Assembly: GCA_050633305.1 (NCBI GenBank)
Contig: JBOEGF010000007.1
Span: 286,428 to 350,427 of the forward strand
Source: Nannocystales bacterium
GTDB lineage: Bacteria > Myxococcota_A > Polyangia > Nannocystales > Nannocystaceae
Length of the DNA stretch: 64,000 nt
Reading direction: 5' to 3'
Positions within the stretch are counted from its first letter, which is position 1, and each line of letters starts with the position of its first letter. Below the pieces are notes generated by a model. That model had not been told where the DNA came from and made no database searches. It worked only from the letters and a program-made list of their open reading frames with translations. The position numbers and the translations under genes are program-made. Below, piece by piece: positions 30,751 through 40,177 of the stretch.

Positions 30751-32055
30751 TCACTCGTGTTTGAACCGTCGTCGGCCCGGGCCATACGCCGAGGCGACCT
30801 GACCACGACCGCGCAGCAGCCATCGGTAGGTCAGCAACCCTTCGACGCCGACCGGGCCGCGAGCGTGGAGCTTACCCGTGCTGATTCCGACCTCGGCCCC
30901 GAGCCCAAAACGATAGCCGTCGGCGAAGCGGGTGCTGGCGTTGTGGAACACGCAGGCCGCGTCGACGCGACCCAAGAATTCGTCGGCAGCCGCCGCGTCT
31001 TCGGTGATGACGCATTCGGTGTGGCGAGACCCGTGGCGTTCGATGTGCGAGAGCGCTGCATCCAGGCCGTCGACGCGCCGGACCGAAAGCACGAGGTCTC
31101 CGTACTCGGTATCCCAGTCACTCTCGTCCGCGGGGTCCAGCTCGGTGTGCAAGGCGAGGGTTGCGGGACAGCCTCGGAGGGTGACGCCTGCAGACCGAAG
31201 CGCAGCGACCGACGCGGCGAGAGCAGCTTCGGCACCGGGCTCCCACAGGAGGGTTTCCAGCGCATTGCAGGCTGCGGGGTAGTCGGTCTTGGCGTCGAGC
31301 ACGATGGCCGCAGCCATGTCGGGGTCGGCCGTCTTCTCGACGAAGGCGTGGCACAGCCCCTCGGCATGCCCTACCACCGGGACCTTGGATGTGGCCTGAA
31401 CGTGTTCGACGAAGGCGGCGCTTCCTCGGGCGATGACCAGGTCGACGAGCCCCTCCTGCTGCAGGAGCTCCGAGACCTCTGAGCGGCCCGAGAGCAGCGT
31501 GACGGCGGCCGGGTCCACCCCCACGGGCTGCAGCGCGCGGTGCAATGCGGCGACCATCGCAGCGTTGCTTCGCGTCGCCTCCCGTCCTCCCTTGAGGGCG
31601 ACCGCGTTGCCCGTGCGCAGGGCGAGACCGACGATCTGCGGGACCGCGTCAGGCCGGGCTTCGAAGACGATGCCCATCACGCCCAGGGGGCACGACTCAC
31701 GCGACAGGGTGAGTCCGTCGTCGAGCTCGCGGCTCTCGAGCACAGTGCCGACGAGGTCGGGCTGGGTGGCGAGTTGCCGGAGCCCGGTGGCGAGGACCTC
31801 GAGCTTCGCGTCGGTGAGTTTGAGTCGGCGAACGAGCGCGTCGCTGAGTTCACCGCGAGCGTGGGCCGCATGGGCGTCGATGAGGTCGGCATCGTTGGCC
31901 TGGCGGAGCTCGGTGCGGACACCGGGGTCCTCCAGCGCATTCGCCATCGCGAGAAGCGCGTCTTGCCGCCGCTTCGCCGGAGCGCGACTGAGTGCCGCGC
32001 CGGCGGCTTTGGCCGCACGAATGCGGTCGGGAATCGAGACGGTGTCCGTGGTCAT
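30751..32055 (-). CDS. proA: Gamma-glutamyl phosphate reductase
   Basis: PLGVMGIVFEARP, LKGGREA, ACNALETLL, NASTRFADGYRFGLGAEVGISTGKLHARGPVG. Start at ATG 32055. Confidence 0.95.
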   Translation of the reverse strand: MTTDTVSIPDRIRAAKAAGAALSRAPAKRRQDALLAMANALEDPGVRTELRQANDADLIDAHAAHARGELSDALVRRLKLTDAKLEVLATGLRQLATQPDLVGTVLESRELDDGLTLSRESCPLGVMGIVFEARPDAVPQIVGLALRTGNAVALKGGREATRSNAAMVAALHRALQPVGVDPAAVTLLSGRSEVSELLQQEGLVDLVIARGSAAFVEHVQATSKVPVVGHAEGLCHAFVEKTADPDMAAAIVLDAKTDYPAACNALETLLWEPGAEAALAASVAALRSAGVTLRGCPATLALHTELDPADESDWDTEYGDLVLSVRRVDGLDAALSHIERHGSRHTECVITEDAAAADEFLGRVDAACVFHNASTRFADGYRFGLGAEVGISTGKLHARGPVGVEGLLTYRWLLRGRGQVASAYGPGRRRFKHE

Positions 32056-32056
32056 G

Positions 32057-33211
32057 TCAAACGTCGGTGAGAGCGAGGTTGTCCCGCGTGATGACGGCGT
32101 CGTAGCCCCGGTAGCCCAGGATGTTGGCAAGCTCGGTGCTGTGTCGGCCCGCCACCGCGCGGCAGGCTTGTGCGTCGTAGTTGGCGAGCCCACGGCCGTG
32201 AACCCGGCCCGAGGCATCGCGCACCTCGACAACATCCCCGCGGGCGAACTCTCCGTGGACTTCGACGACCCCCACGGGGAGCAACGAGGCTTTTTGCACC
32301 CGCAGGGCCTCGAGCGCACCCGCGTTGGCGATGAGGGCTCCGCAGTGCGGTGCGCCTGCTGCGATGTGTCGCCTCCGTGCGGACTTACGGTCTCGGGGCC
32401 AGATGACGGTGCCCACGGCGTCGCCAGCGAGGCCGCGAGAGGTGACCTCGGGCGTCTTGCCGTCGACGATCAGCGTGACGATGCCGGAATCACACGCGAC
32501 GGCGGCAGCATCGAGCTTGCTGGCCATGCCCCCGGTTCCCGTGCTCGAGGCCCCGCGAGCCCGCTGCCGGGTCGCTTCGTCGATGTGCTCCAGGGCGTCG
32601 ATGCGCTCCGCGCTCGGATCGGTGGCCGGGTTCGCCGTGTGCAAGCCGTCGACGTCCGTCATCAGCACGAGGGCGTCGGCGTCGACTGCGACGGCGAGCA
32701 GTGCGGAAAGCCCGTCGTTGTCACCGAAGCCTTCGAAGGCCTCCTTGCGGTGCTCGACCAGCTCTCGAACGGACACGCTGTCGTTCTCGTTGAGGACCGG
32801 GACCGTGCCGAGCTCGAGCAGCCGGAGCAACGTGGTCCGAAGGCACAGGGCGCGGTCTCGGTCGCCGAGGTCGTCTTGGGTCAGCAGGACCTGAGCGACG
32901 GTGACCCCCAACTGGCCGAAGGCCTGGCTGTACAGCGAGAGAAGCTGTCCCTGGCCCACGGCGGCACAAGCCTGGCGGACGCCGAGCGAGCGAGGACGCT
33001 CGTCCAGCTGCAGCGCCTGCGCGCCCATCGAGACGGAGCCACTGCTGACGAGGAGGACCTCGACCCCCCGGGTCCGCAGTCCAGCCAGGTCCTCGACGAT
33101 CGCGTGGAGCCGTCCGAGGGCGACCCCGTCACCACCGTGGGTGACGACGCCGGTGCCAAGCTTGACGACGACCCGTCGGGCCGACGACAGAAGCGTGCGA
33201 GAGGGGCTCAC
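32057..33211 (-). CDS. proB: Glutamate 5-kinase with PUA domain
   Basis: VVVKLGT, VSSG, AAVGQ, NENDSV, FGDND, GTGGMASK, SLLPVGV. Confidence 0.95.
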   Translation of the reverse strand: MSPSRTLLSSARRVVVKLGTGVVTHGGDGVALGRLHAIVEDLAGLRTRGVEVLLVSSGSVSMGAQALQLDERPRSLGVRQACAAVGQGQLLSLYSQAFGQLGVTVAQVLLTQDDLGDRDRALCLRTTLLRLLELGTVPVLNENDSVSVRELVEHRKEAFEGFGDNDGLSALLAVAVDADALVLMTDVDGLHTANPATDPSAERIDALEHIDEATRQRARGASSTGTGGMASKLDAAAVACDSGIVTLIVDGKTPEVTSRGLAGDAVGTVIWPRDRKSARRRHIAAGAPHCGALIANAGALEALRVQKASLLPVGVVEVHGEFARGDVVEVRDASGRVHGRGLANYDAQACRAVAGRHSTELANILGYRGYDAVITRDNLALTDV

Positions 33212-33798
33212 GAGAGCCAGCGTAGCGGATCGGTCACGTCCTGCGGAGTCCGGACACGTCCCTTGAGACGCGAGCGCACGGCCTTGCCCGACTCTTCCAT
33301 CAAGGACGTCGGCACGTGCAGCGCCGTGTTCGGCCCATCGACCCTCAAGCCTCCGCGAACCCAGTCCCGCTGAACTCCGGCGATCGCCTGAAACGCGAGC
33401 CTTTTAGGGGCGCCGCCGCGGGGGATCTCGATGACTGCAGTGTTGGTGACGAGCAGAGAGGTTCGAGACGCGGTCTCTCGGGCCAACACGAGCAGCGTCG
33501 GCGACAGCAAGACAACCACGGGCGGCCAGAGATCGGAGAACGGTTGGGCCCAGAAGGTCGGTGCGAACCCGGTGACCAGGAGCAGCGCGACGACGGCGGC
33601 TCCGAGGGTGATCGCCGCGAGTCCGAACTGCACATTGAGCTTCTCGCCCCACCACGCGAGGACCTCGCCGTGCTCCAGATGCTGGGCGAGGTCGTTCGGG
33701 CAGGGGCCAGGGGAGCGCGGCGCACCTGGGGCGAGGACCCGGGCTTCGTCGCCCGGTCGCCCCGACCGACCACCGTTGATCGCTTTGAGGGCCTTCAT
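33208..33798 (-). CDS. Hypothetical membrane protein (2 TM segments, possible PH-like C-terminal domain)
   Basis: Two hydrophobic segments; 4-nt overlaps with both aroC and proB suggest translational coupling. Confidence 0.6.
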   Translation of the reverse strand: MKALKAINGGRSGRPGDEARVLAPGAPRSPGPCPNDLAQHLEHGEVLAWWGEKLNVQFGLAAITLGAAVVALLLVTGFAPTFWAQPFSDLWPPVVVLLSPTLLVLARETASRTSLLVTNTAVIEIPRGGAPKRLAFQAIAGVQRDWVRGGLRVDGPNTALHVPTSLMEESGKAVRSRLKGRVRTPQDVTDPLRWLS

Positions 33799-34916
33799 CG
33801 CTGGAGGTCCTCAACCTGTGACGTGCGGTGGCGCAGCCAATGGTCGCACAACGTGAGCGCGGCCATGGCTTCGACCATCGGGACCGCACGAGGCAGCACA
33901 CAAGGGTCGTGGCGGCCCCGCGCCTTGTAGACGGCGGCCGTGCCCGCTTGGTCGACGGTGTCTTGGGGCACGAACACGGTGGCGACTGGTTTGAACGCCA
34001 CGGCGAAGCGGATCGTTTCCCCGTTGGAGATGCCGCCCTGAATACCGCCGGAGTTGTTGGTCCTCGTTCGAATGCCGTCCCCGCCGTGGGTTCGGCCGGG
34101 GTCGGGCTCAAACGGGTCGTTGTGGGCGGTGCCGCGCATGCGCGTCGAGGCGAAGCCCTCACCGATCTCGAAGCCGCGACTGGCTGGAAGACTCATCATG
34201 GCGTGGGCGAGATCCGCCGTGAGTTTGTCGAACACAGGCTCTCCGAGGCCCAACGGGACCCCTCGCGCAACGCAGCGGATCACGCCGCCGACGGTGTCCC
34301 CATCGCTACGGGCCGCGTCGATACGAGCCTCCATCTGCGCCGCGGCGTCCGGCGTGGGGCAACGCGAGGGGTGGGCATCGACGGCGGCACGTTCGATCGA
34401 CTCGGCGTCGACGGCCCCCGCGTTGACGTCGGCGATCGAGTCGACCCAGGCGACGATGGACACCCCAACCGTGGCGAGCAGGTCCTCTGCGAGCGCGCCG
34501 GCTGCGACCCGTCCGACGGTTTCGCGGGCTGATGCTCGACCGCCGCCGGCCACGAAGCGCACGCCGTACTTCGCATCGTAGGTGTAGTCGGCGTGCGAAG
34601 GGCGGTAGAGCTTGGCCAACTCTTCGTAGTGGTGGCTCTTGGTGTCCTTGTTTCGGACGGCGAGCGCGAGGGGGGTGCCGAGCGTCTTGCCGGTGCTGGG
34701 GTCCACGCCCGAGAGCACCTCGAACGCATCCGCTTCCGCGCGGCTGGAGGTCAACCGGCTTTGCCCGGGACGACGCCGTTGTAGCTGTGCGTTGATCGCA
34801 ACGCTGGGAAACGGGTGACCTGCGGGGCATCCGTCGACAACCACGCCGACCGCACCCCCGTGGGACTCGCCGAACGTGGTGACCACGAAGCGCTTGCCGA
34901 AGCTGCTGCCCGCCAC
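33795..34916 (-). CDS. aroC: Chorismate synthase
   Basis: TFGESHG, RRRPGQS, RPSHAD, GGRASARET, GGIQGGISNG, GRHDPCVLPRAVP. Confidence 0.97.
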   Translation of the reverse strand: MAGSSFGKRFVVTTFGESHGGAVGVVVDGCPAGHPFPSVAINAQLQRRRPGQSRLTSSRAEADAFEVLSGVDPSTGKTLGTPLALAVRNKDTKSHHYEELAKLYRPSHADYTYDAKYGVRFVAGGGRASARETVGRVAAGALAEDLLATVGVSIVAWVDSIADVNAGAVDAESIERAAVDAHPSRCPTPDAAAQMEARIDAARSDGDTVGGVIRCVARGVPLGLGEPVFDKLTADLAHAMMSLPASRGFEIGEGFASTRMRGTAHNDPFEPDPGRTHGGDGIRTRTNNSGGIQGGISNGETIRFAVAFKPVATVFVPQDTVDQAGTAAVYKARGRHDPCVLPRAVPMVEAMAALTLCDHWLRHRTSQVEDLQR

Positions 34917-34964
34917 CAGGGGAGCCTACCCGACCCTGCAGGCCCGGGCGACTCGCGACACACG

Positions 34965-35798
34965 CTATCGGTCGAGGAAGGTCTCGACCGCGTCACGCCA
35001 GGTCTGAGGTGCCTCGATTGCCACGGTGTGGCCCGCATCGGGAACCTCCAGGAAGTCACCGCCGCACAGCTGTGCGAGCGCGCGGACTTCGGAAGGCGGG
35101 GCGAGTCGGTCCAAGCTGCCTCCGATCGTCAGTACAGGCGCTTGTACCCTGGGCACCAGCGCGCGCGGGTGCCACGGACTGTCGGCGGGCAGGTTCATTG
35201 TCTGTTCGAACAGGGCCTTGACTCCATCGTATCGGTTCCGCGTCTTGGCGGCCTTCACCATGCCCTCCACGAGGTGTGCGTGTTTCTCGAGGTAGGCCGG
35301 CCCGAGGATGTCCGGAAGGCTGACCCGGGCGAGCGCCTCGAGGTCGCCGGTCCTCAGGGTGGCGATCCATCCCTGCACGATGAGTTTGCCCAGCACACCG
35401 CGGTCCAAGGCGACGCCGCTGACGACCAGTCGCCGGATCCGGTGGGGTAGGGTGGCGGCGACGGCCAGGCTGACCCGTCCTCCGAACGAAAACCCGGCGA
35501 GGTCCACCTGCTGCAGACCCTTCACGTCGAGCAGCGCCTCGAAGTCTCGGACGTGTTGGTCGAAGCTACAGTCGTCGACCGACAGCTCGGTTCCGCCTTG
35601 CCCTCGCGCCTCATACGCCATGACCGGACGCTTGGTGCTCATCGGGCGGAGTTGCCCCGACCAGCTTGCGAGGGTCTGCGTCATCCCGCCGAGCAGCACG
35701 AGCGGGGTCGCGTCGGGGCCCTCGCGGTGATCGACGCGGAGCGTTCCGGTGCTCTCGGGGCCGGCGACGAGGTCGTGGATCGCAACGGACTCGGGCAT
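34965..35798 (-). CDS. Alpha/beta fold hydrolase
   Basis: RGQG, nucleophile motif GFSFGG, GSLD, AGH. Confidence 0.85.
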   Translation of the reverse strand: MPESVAIHDLVAGPESTGTLRVDHREGPDATPLVLLGGMTQTLASWSGQLRPMSTKRPVMAYEARGQGGTELSVDDCSFDQHVRDFEALLDVKGLQQVDLAGFSFGGRVSLAVAATLPHRIRRLVVSGVALDRGVLGKLIVQGWIATLRTGDLEALARVSLPDILGPAYLEKHAHLVEGMVKAAKTRNRYDGVKALFEQTMNLPADSPWHPRALVPRVQAPVLTIGGSLDRLAPPSEVRALAQLCGGDFLEVPDAGHTVAIEAPQTWRDAVETFLDR

Positions 35799-35868
35799 GC
35801 GCCGGAGGGTACCCGGCCACAGGAGGCGAGGCGAGGCGATGCCGAGCGCGTCGCCGGAGCGGAAAGCC

Positions 35869-37035
35869 TCAGCGGCGCAGGACCGAGAAGATCGATTCGT
35901 TCGCGTAGCTCACGATGGCGTCTCGCTGGGCGTTGATGGCCTCGGCCCCGTACTGCTGAACCAGTGTGGCGAGGATGGCGGCGTCGTCTTCTCCATGGAC
36001 GAGACCATGGGCGATCGTCGCGCTGGCTTCTTCACCCGAGTCGAACAGACCGGCCTCGTCGATGAAGGCATGCAGCAGCGCGCTCGTCTCGGCGCTGGAC
36101 TCGCCCAGCACAGCCTCGACGTGGCTGCGGGCCTCCGCATACGCCAGCGCTGTCGCACACAGGCGGTGTTGGGGGTCTTGGAGACCGCAGCGGATGGCGG
36201 TCGCCTCTTCGAGCCGTCGCGCGCGGGAGAGGCCGGCCTCGATCGCCTCTTGGCGGTCCCCGTGCAGCTCGCCCGCCGCGTTCCAGAGCGCCTCCCGGGC
36301 TTCTTCATCGGCCCCGGGCCAGGTCGTCGACAGCAGGTGCACGGCCGTCTCGAAGTCGGCGGAGCGCAGCGCCGTGCACACGCGGTCCAAGGCCCCCCGG
36401 TGGCCGATGTGCACCAACGTCTCGAGCAACGCGACGCGCCGCGCCGCGGGCTCGGGCAGCGGCTCCATCGGCAGCGCGATCGAGGGCGGCAGGTAGCGCA
36501 GGTAGCCCTCGGTTCGGACGGTGCGCGCGACCATGGAGATCGTGGGCACCGGGATGTGGATCAGCGCGTGGATCAGCGGGTAGCGGCGCAGCGAGAACTT
36601 GCGAACGTCGCCGCTGCGAATCCGGTCAAGGGCCCGCAGGCGCACGTCGAGCAGCTGCCCGCGTGCGCCGGCCCGGCTGGGCTTCGAGGTCCCATAACGA
36701 GCCTGGATGCTGTGTCCATGCAGCACGGTGAAGGCACCGCAGAACGGATGGTTGTGGATCGCCGACAGCGAGTTCGACCAGACGTAGACCTCGAGGACGA
36801 ACCCTTCTCCATGGAATGCAGTGAAACCCGGCTGCGCAAATGCGCCCGTCGGGGCCAGGTGTTGGCGTCCCGGTTGCTGAGGGTCGAGGACCGCGTCGAA
36901 GAACCGCTCGGCATCAAACCGCTCGGCGAGGCCTTCGAACGCGTCCGCTGCGAGGTCCGGGAACCGCTCTTCATCTCGGTCCGCGCCAGCCCACGCGCGC
37001 TCGAGCGAGGCTCCGAGGGCGTCGAAGTCGATCAT
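35869..37035 (-). CDS. Hypothetical protein with cysteine-dioxygenase-like cupin motif
   Basis: SAIHNHPFCGAFTVLHG...LIHALIH metal-binding-like His pattern. Start at ATG 37035. Confidence 0.6.
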   Translation of the reverse strand: MIDFDALGASLERAWAGADRDEERFPDLAADAFEGLAERFDAERFFDAVLDPQQPGRQHLAPTGAFAQPGFTAFHGEGFVLEVYVWSNSLSAIHNHPFCGAFTVLHGHSIQARYGTSKPSRAGARGQLLDVRLRALDRIRSGDVRKFSLRRYPLIHALIHIPVPTISMVARTVRTEGYLRYLPPSIALPMEPLPEPAARRVALLETLVHIGHRGALDRVCTALRSADFETAVHLLSTTWPGADEEAREALWNAAGELHGDRQEAIEAGLSRARRLEEATAIRCGLQDPQHRLCATALAYAEARSHVEAVLGESSAETSALLHAFIDEAGLFDSGEEASATIAHGLVHGEDDAAILATLVQQYGAEAINAQRDAIVSYANESIFSVLRR

Positions 37036-37039
37036 GTGC

Positions 37040-37699
37040 TCAGCCCCACGGAGCGTTGGGGTCGTCGTTGATGTCGTTGTTGCAGACCGAACGAGGCAGG
37101 CCACACATGCCCCGGCCTTCGGCGATGGTCTCCTGAATGCACAGCCCGCACAGTTGCGGGTTGTCGATGCAGACCTGGTGACAGTCGTCGTTGGCGCAGA
37201 ACACCAGCGAGCCATACAGCCGCACGGTGGAGGCTGTGGTCCGGGCGAAACACTGGTCCTCGCAGGCTCCCGAGGAACATGTCGCGAGGCATGACTCGAG
37301 CTCCGTGCACGAGAGCTGCTTGTTGAGCCCGGGCTCTACGCAGTAACAGGCGTGCTGGGCCGTTCCCGTGGTGATGCAGCTGAGGTTCACGAACTCGCCG
37401 CACAGCACGTGACAGTCGAAGGTCTCGAACGTGAGCGTGTCGGGGTGGCACTGCTCGATGCCGTCTTGGGTGCTGCACCGGTCATCGGCCGGAAACTCGC
37501 AGTCCCCCGACGGCTGGCCGTCGGTATCGGTGTCGCCGTCGGTGTCGGTGTCGGTATCTCCGGCCTCGGTGTCCTCCTCGACCGAGTCTGCGGATTGCAG
37601 CTCCTCAAAGAAGTCGACCTTTCCACACCCTGAGGCGCACAGCGCCACGAACGCTGCCAGTGCACGGACCTTCACAGGGGGAGTAGAGCGGCCAAGCAT
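37040..37699 (-). CDS. Cysteine-rich lipoprotein
   Basis: Lipobox ASGC, DT-repeat linker, 20 further Cys. Start is ATG 37699 or GTG 37675. Confidence 0.75.
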   Translation of the reverse strand: MLGRSTPPVKVRALAAFVALCASGCGKVDFFEELQSADSVEEDTEAGDTDTDTDGDTDTDGQPSGDCEFPADDRCSTQDGIEQCHPDTLTFETFDCHVLCGEFVNLSCITTGTAQHACYCVEPGLNKQLSCTELESCLATCSSGACEDQCFARTTASTVRLYGSLVFCANDDCHQVCIDNPQLCGLCIQETIAEGRGMCGLPRSVCNNDINDDPNAPWG

Positions 37700-37741
37700 G
37701 CTCCACGCCAAATTTCCGGCGAGAGCGCTACCATCCGCACC

Positions 37742-39202
37742 ATGGCGCAGTCCCAGCTCACCTTCCGGCGGCCAGGCTCTGGCCCCCCCGGCCCGGGCGA
37801 GAAACCACCGGTGCTGACGGTCAGCCAGCTCGTGAAGGGGGCCAACCGCTTGCTCGAGCTTCGTTTTCCACGGCTGTGCGTGGAAGGAGAGGTCTCCAAC
37901 CTGCGCGTCGTGGCGTCGGGACACGCCTACTTCACCCTCAAAGACGATTTCGCGAACCTGCCGATCACGATGTGGCGCAGCAACGTCGAGCGGCTGAAGT
38001 TTCGGATGCACGACGGCCAAATGCTGCGCGTCTACGGCAGTTTGGGCATCTTCGTGAAGTCCGGCCGCTTTCAGATGTATGCCGAGCGAACCGAGCCTGC
38101 TGGGCTGGGCGCTCGCATGCAGGAGCTGGAGGCGCTCAAGAAGACCCTCCAAGCTGAGGGTCTGTTCGACGACACCCGCAAGCGCCCACTGCCCCGTTGG
38201 CCGCGACGGATCGGCGTGGTGACCTCGGCTCACGGCGCGGCGATTCACGACATCCTCAAGGTCGCCCGTCGTCGGTGCCCGTCTCGGATCCTGCTGGCTT
38301 CCGCGGTTGTGCAGGGCCCTGATGCCCCACGGACCATCGTCCGGGGCATGAAGCGGCTGTGCGGGTATGAGGACGTGGACGTGATCATCATTGGCCGCGG
38401 CGGTGGCTCGGTGGAGGACTTGTGGGCCTTCAACGACGAGCGGTTGGCGCGGGCGATCGCTGCGTGCCCCGTACCGGTCGTGAGCGCGGTCGGCCACGAG
38501 GTCGACATCTCGGTCAGTGACATGGTCGCCGATGTCCGGGCCGCAACGCCGTCACACGCTGCAGAGCTGGTGGTTCCGGATCGGGCGTCGTTCCAACATC
38601 GGCTCGAAACGATGCAGCGCCGGATGGCCCGGGCGGTGGAGCGTGCAGCCCTCGATGTCCGGGCCCGTTTGGATGGGGACCGTGGGCGGCTCGTCGCCCA
38701 CGGGCAGCGTTTGGTGCTGCCGGCGCGGGCTCGGTTGAGGGCGTTGGAGCGACGTCTGGCCAACGTGCACCCTCGGGCGAAAGTCGCGTCCGACCGGCAG
38801 CGGCTCGCGTCCTTGAGGAGCCGCCTGGAGCGGGCGGGGACCGGGCTCTCCAAAGGGGCGCGGGCCCGATTCGAGGCCGCACAGACGGCATTGCACGGCC
38901 GTGGTGCGGGTCTGGCGGAGGACGAGCGGGCGCGCCTGGACGCGGCGCGGGTGCGGCTGGAGCGAGGCGGCCGGGCGATCGGCGAACGGGGGCGGCTGCG
39001 GTTGGCGAAGTCGGCCGCATCGCTTCACGCTCTGTCTCCGCTGTCGGTGCTCGCGCGAGGGTACTCGGTGGTCGTGGCCCCGGGCGGAGCCGCGCTGACC
39101 TCCGCGGAGGGCACCTCGGTGGGTGACCCCGTGCAGATTCGACTGTCCCAGGGCTCGCTCAGCGCAACGGTGACCGCGGTGAAGCCTGGGGATGGGACGT
39201 GA
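37742..39202 (+). CDS. xseA: Exodeoxyribonuclease VII large subunit
   Basis: VEGEVSN, SGHAYFTLKD, IGVVTS, GRGGGSVEDLWAFN, SAVGHEVD, ADVRAATPS, LSPLSVLARGYS. Confidence 0.96.
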   Translation: MAQSQLTFRRPGSGPPGPGEKPPVLTVSQLVKGANRLLELRFPRLCVEGEVSNLRVVASGHAYFTLKDDFANLPITMWRSNVERLKFRMHDGQMLRVYGSLGIFVKSGRFQMYAERTEPAGLGARMQELEALKKTLQAEGLFDDTRKRPLPRWPRRIGVVTSAHGAAIHDILKVARRRCPSRILLASAVVQGPDAPRTIVRGMKRLCGYEDVDVIIIGRGGGSVEDLWAFNDERLARAIAACPVPVVSAVGHEVDISVSDMVADVRAATPSHAAELVVPDRASFQHRLETMQRRMARAVERAALDVRARLDGDRGRLVAHGQRLVLPARARLRALERRLANVHPRAKVASDRQRLASLRSRLERAGTGLSKGARARFEAAQTALHGRGAGLAEDERARLDAARVRLERGGRAIGERGRLRLAKSAASLHALSPLSVLARGYSVVVAPGGAALTSAEGTSVGDPVQIRLSQGSLSATVTAVKPGDGT

Positions 39203-40014
39203 GCACGGCGCGGTGTTTCGGGGTGCTGGGGCATCCGATCGGCCACTCGAAGTCCCCCGCCATGCACACCGCAGCCTTCGAGGCGCTGGGTCTTCCGCAC
39301 CGATACCTCGCGTTCGATGTGGCCCCCGATGGGCTGGCGGACGCGCTGGTGGGGGCCGCTGCGCTCGGTTTTGGGGGGCTGAATCTCACGGTCCCGCTCA
39401 AGACCCACGCGCTCGCGTTGATGGATGAACTCGCGCCTGAGGCCGAGGCCATCGGAGCGGTCAACACGGTGTGTTTCACGGAAGCGGGCACGCTCGGCCG
39501 AAACACGGATGGGGCCGGGTTCATGGAGGCGCTACGTCCTCTTCTGGACACGCTTCCCGCCCGAGCTGTGGTGCTCGGTGGCGGGGGTGCATCCCGGGCG
39601 GTGGCCCACGCGCTGGCCGAATCGGGCGTGCAGGTCCAGTGGGTGTCGCGTCGTCCGGGCGCTCTGCCGGGTTGGTCGGGTGTGACGGCCCTTGGGTACG
39701 ACGAGCTGTGGGCGGTGCTGGGTGAGGCGGAGCTGCTGGTCAACGGGACGACGGTCGGGATGCAGGGAGGGGCGCTGGGCTTTCCGGTGCCGGTCGAGGT
39801 GACGGCGCTGCCCGCCCGCGCAGTGGTGGCCGACCTCGTGTATCCCGAGCCCACGGGGGGCCTGGTCGCTCAGGCCCGGTCTCGGGGCCTCCGGGCGATG
39901 GACGGTCTCCCGATGCTCTGGGGGCAAGGTGTGCTCGCCCTGGAGCACTGGTTGGGCGTATCGCTGCACACACGGGCCCGGACAGCGATGCGGGTGTCCC
40001 TCGGCCTTGGGTGA
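39199..40014 (+). CDS. aroE: Shikimate dehydrogenase
   Basis: GHPIGHSKSPAMH, NLTVPLK, GAVNT, NTDGAGF, GGGGAS, DLVY. Confidence 0.95.
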   Translation: MSTARCFGVLGHPIGHSKSPAMHTAAFEALGLPHRYLAFDVAPDGLADALVGAAALGFGGLNLTVPLKTHALALMDELAPEAEAIGAVNTVCFTEAGTLGRNTDGAGFMEALRPLLDTLPARAVVLGGGGASRAVAHALAESGVQVQWVSRRPGALPGWSGVTALGYDELWAVLGEAELLVNGTTVGMQGGALGFPVPVEVTALPARAVVADLVYPEPTGGLVAQARSRGLRAMDGLPMLWGQGVLALEHWLGVSLHTRARTAMRVSLGLG

Positions 40015-40177
40015 CACTGTGCTGCTCAATTGAGCATGTGAGCTGTTTCGGTACAGCCAAGGGCTCGGAATCAGTCACTTTTTTGGGACGACGGATCGCC
40101 TCCCTGTATGGGTCGACAGTGCCCCGCGCCGTGACGCGCGCGGAGCCAGATCTCAACACCCGACCACGGACCACGAC

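Noticed and set aside
38590..39030. Repetitive ARARL/ERARL segments in XseA
   Set aside because: This is the normal variable-length coiled-coil region of exonuclease VII large subunit. The absence of xseB nearby is not unusual.
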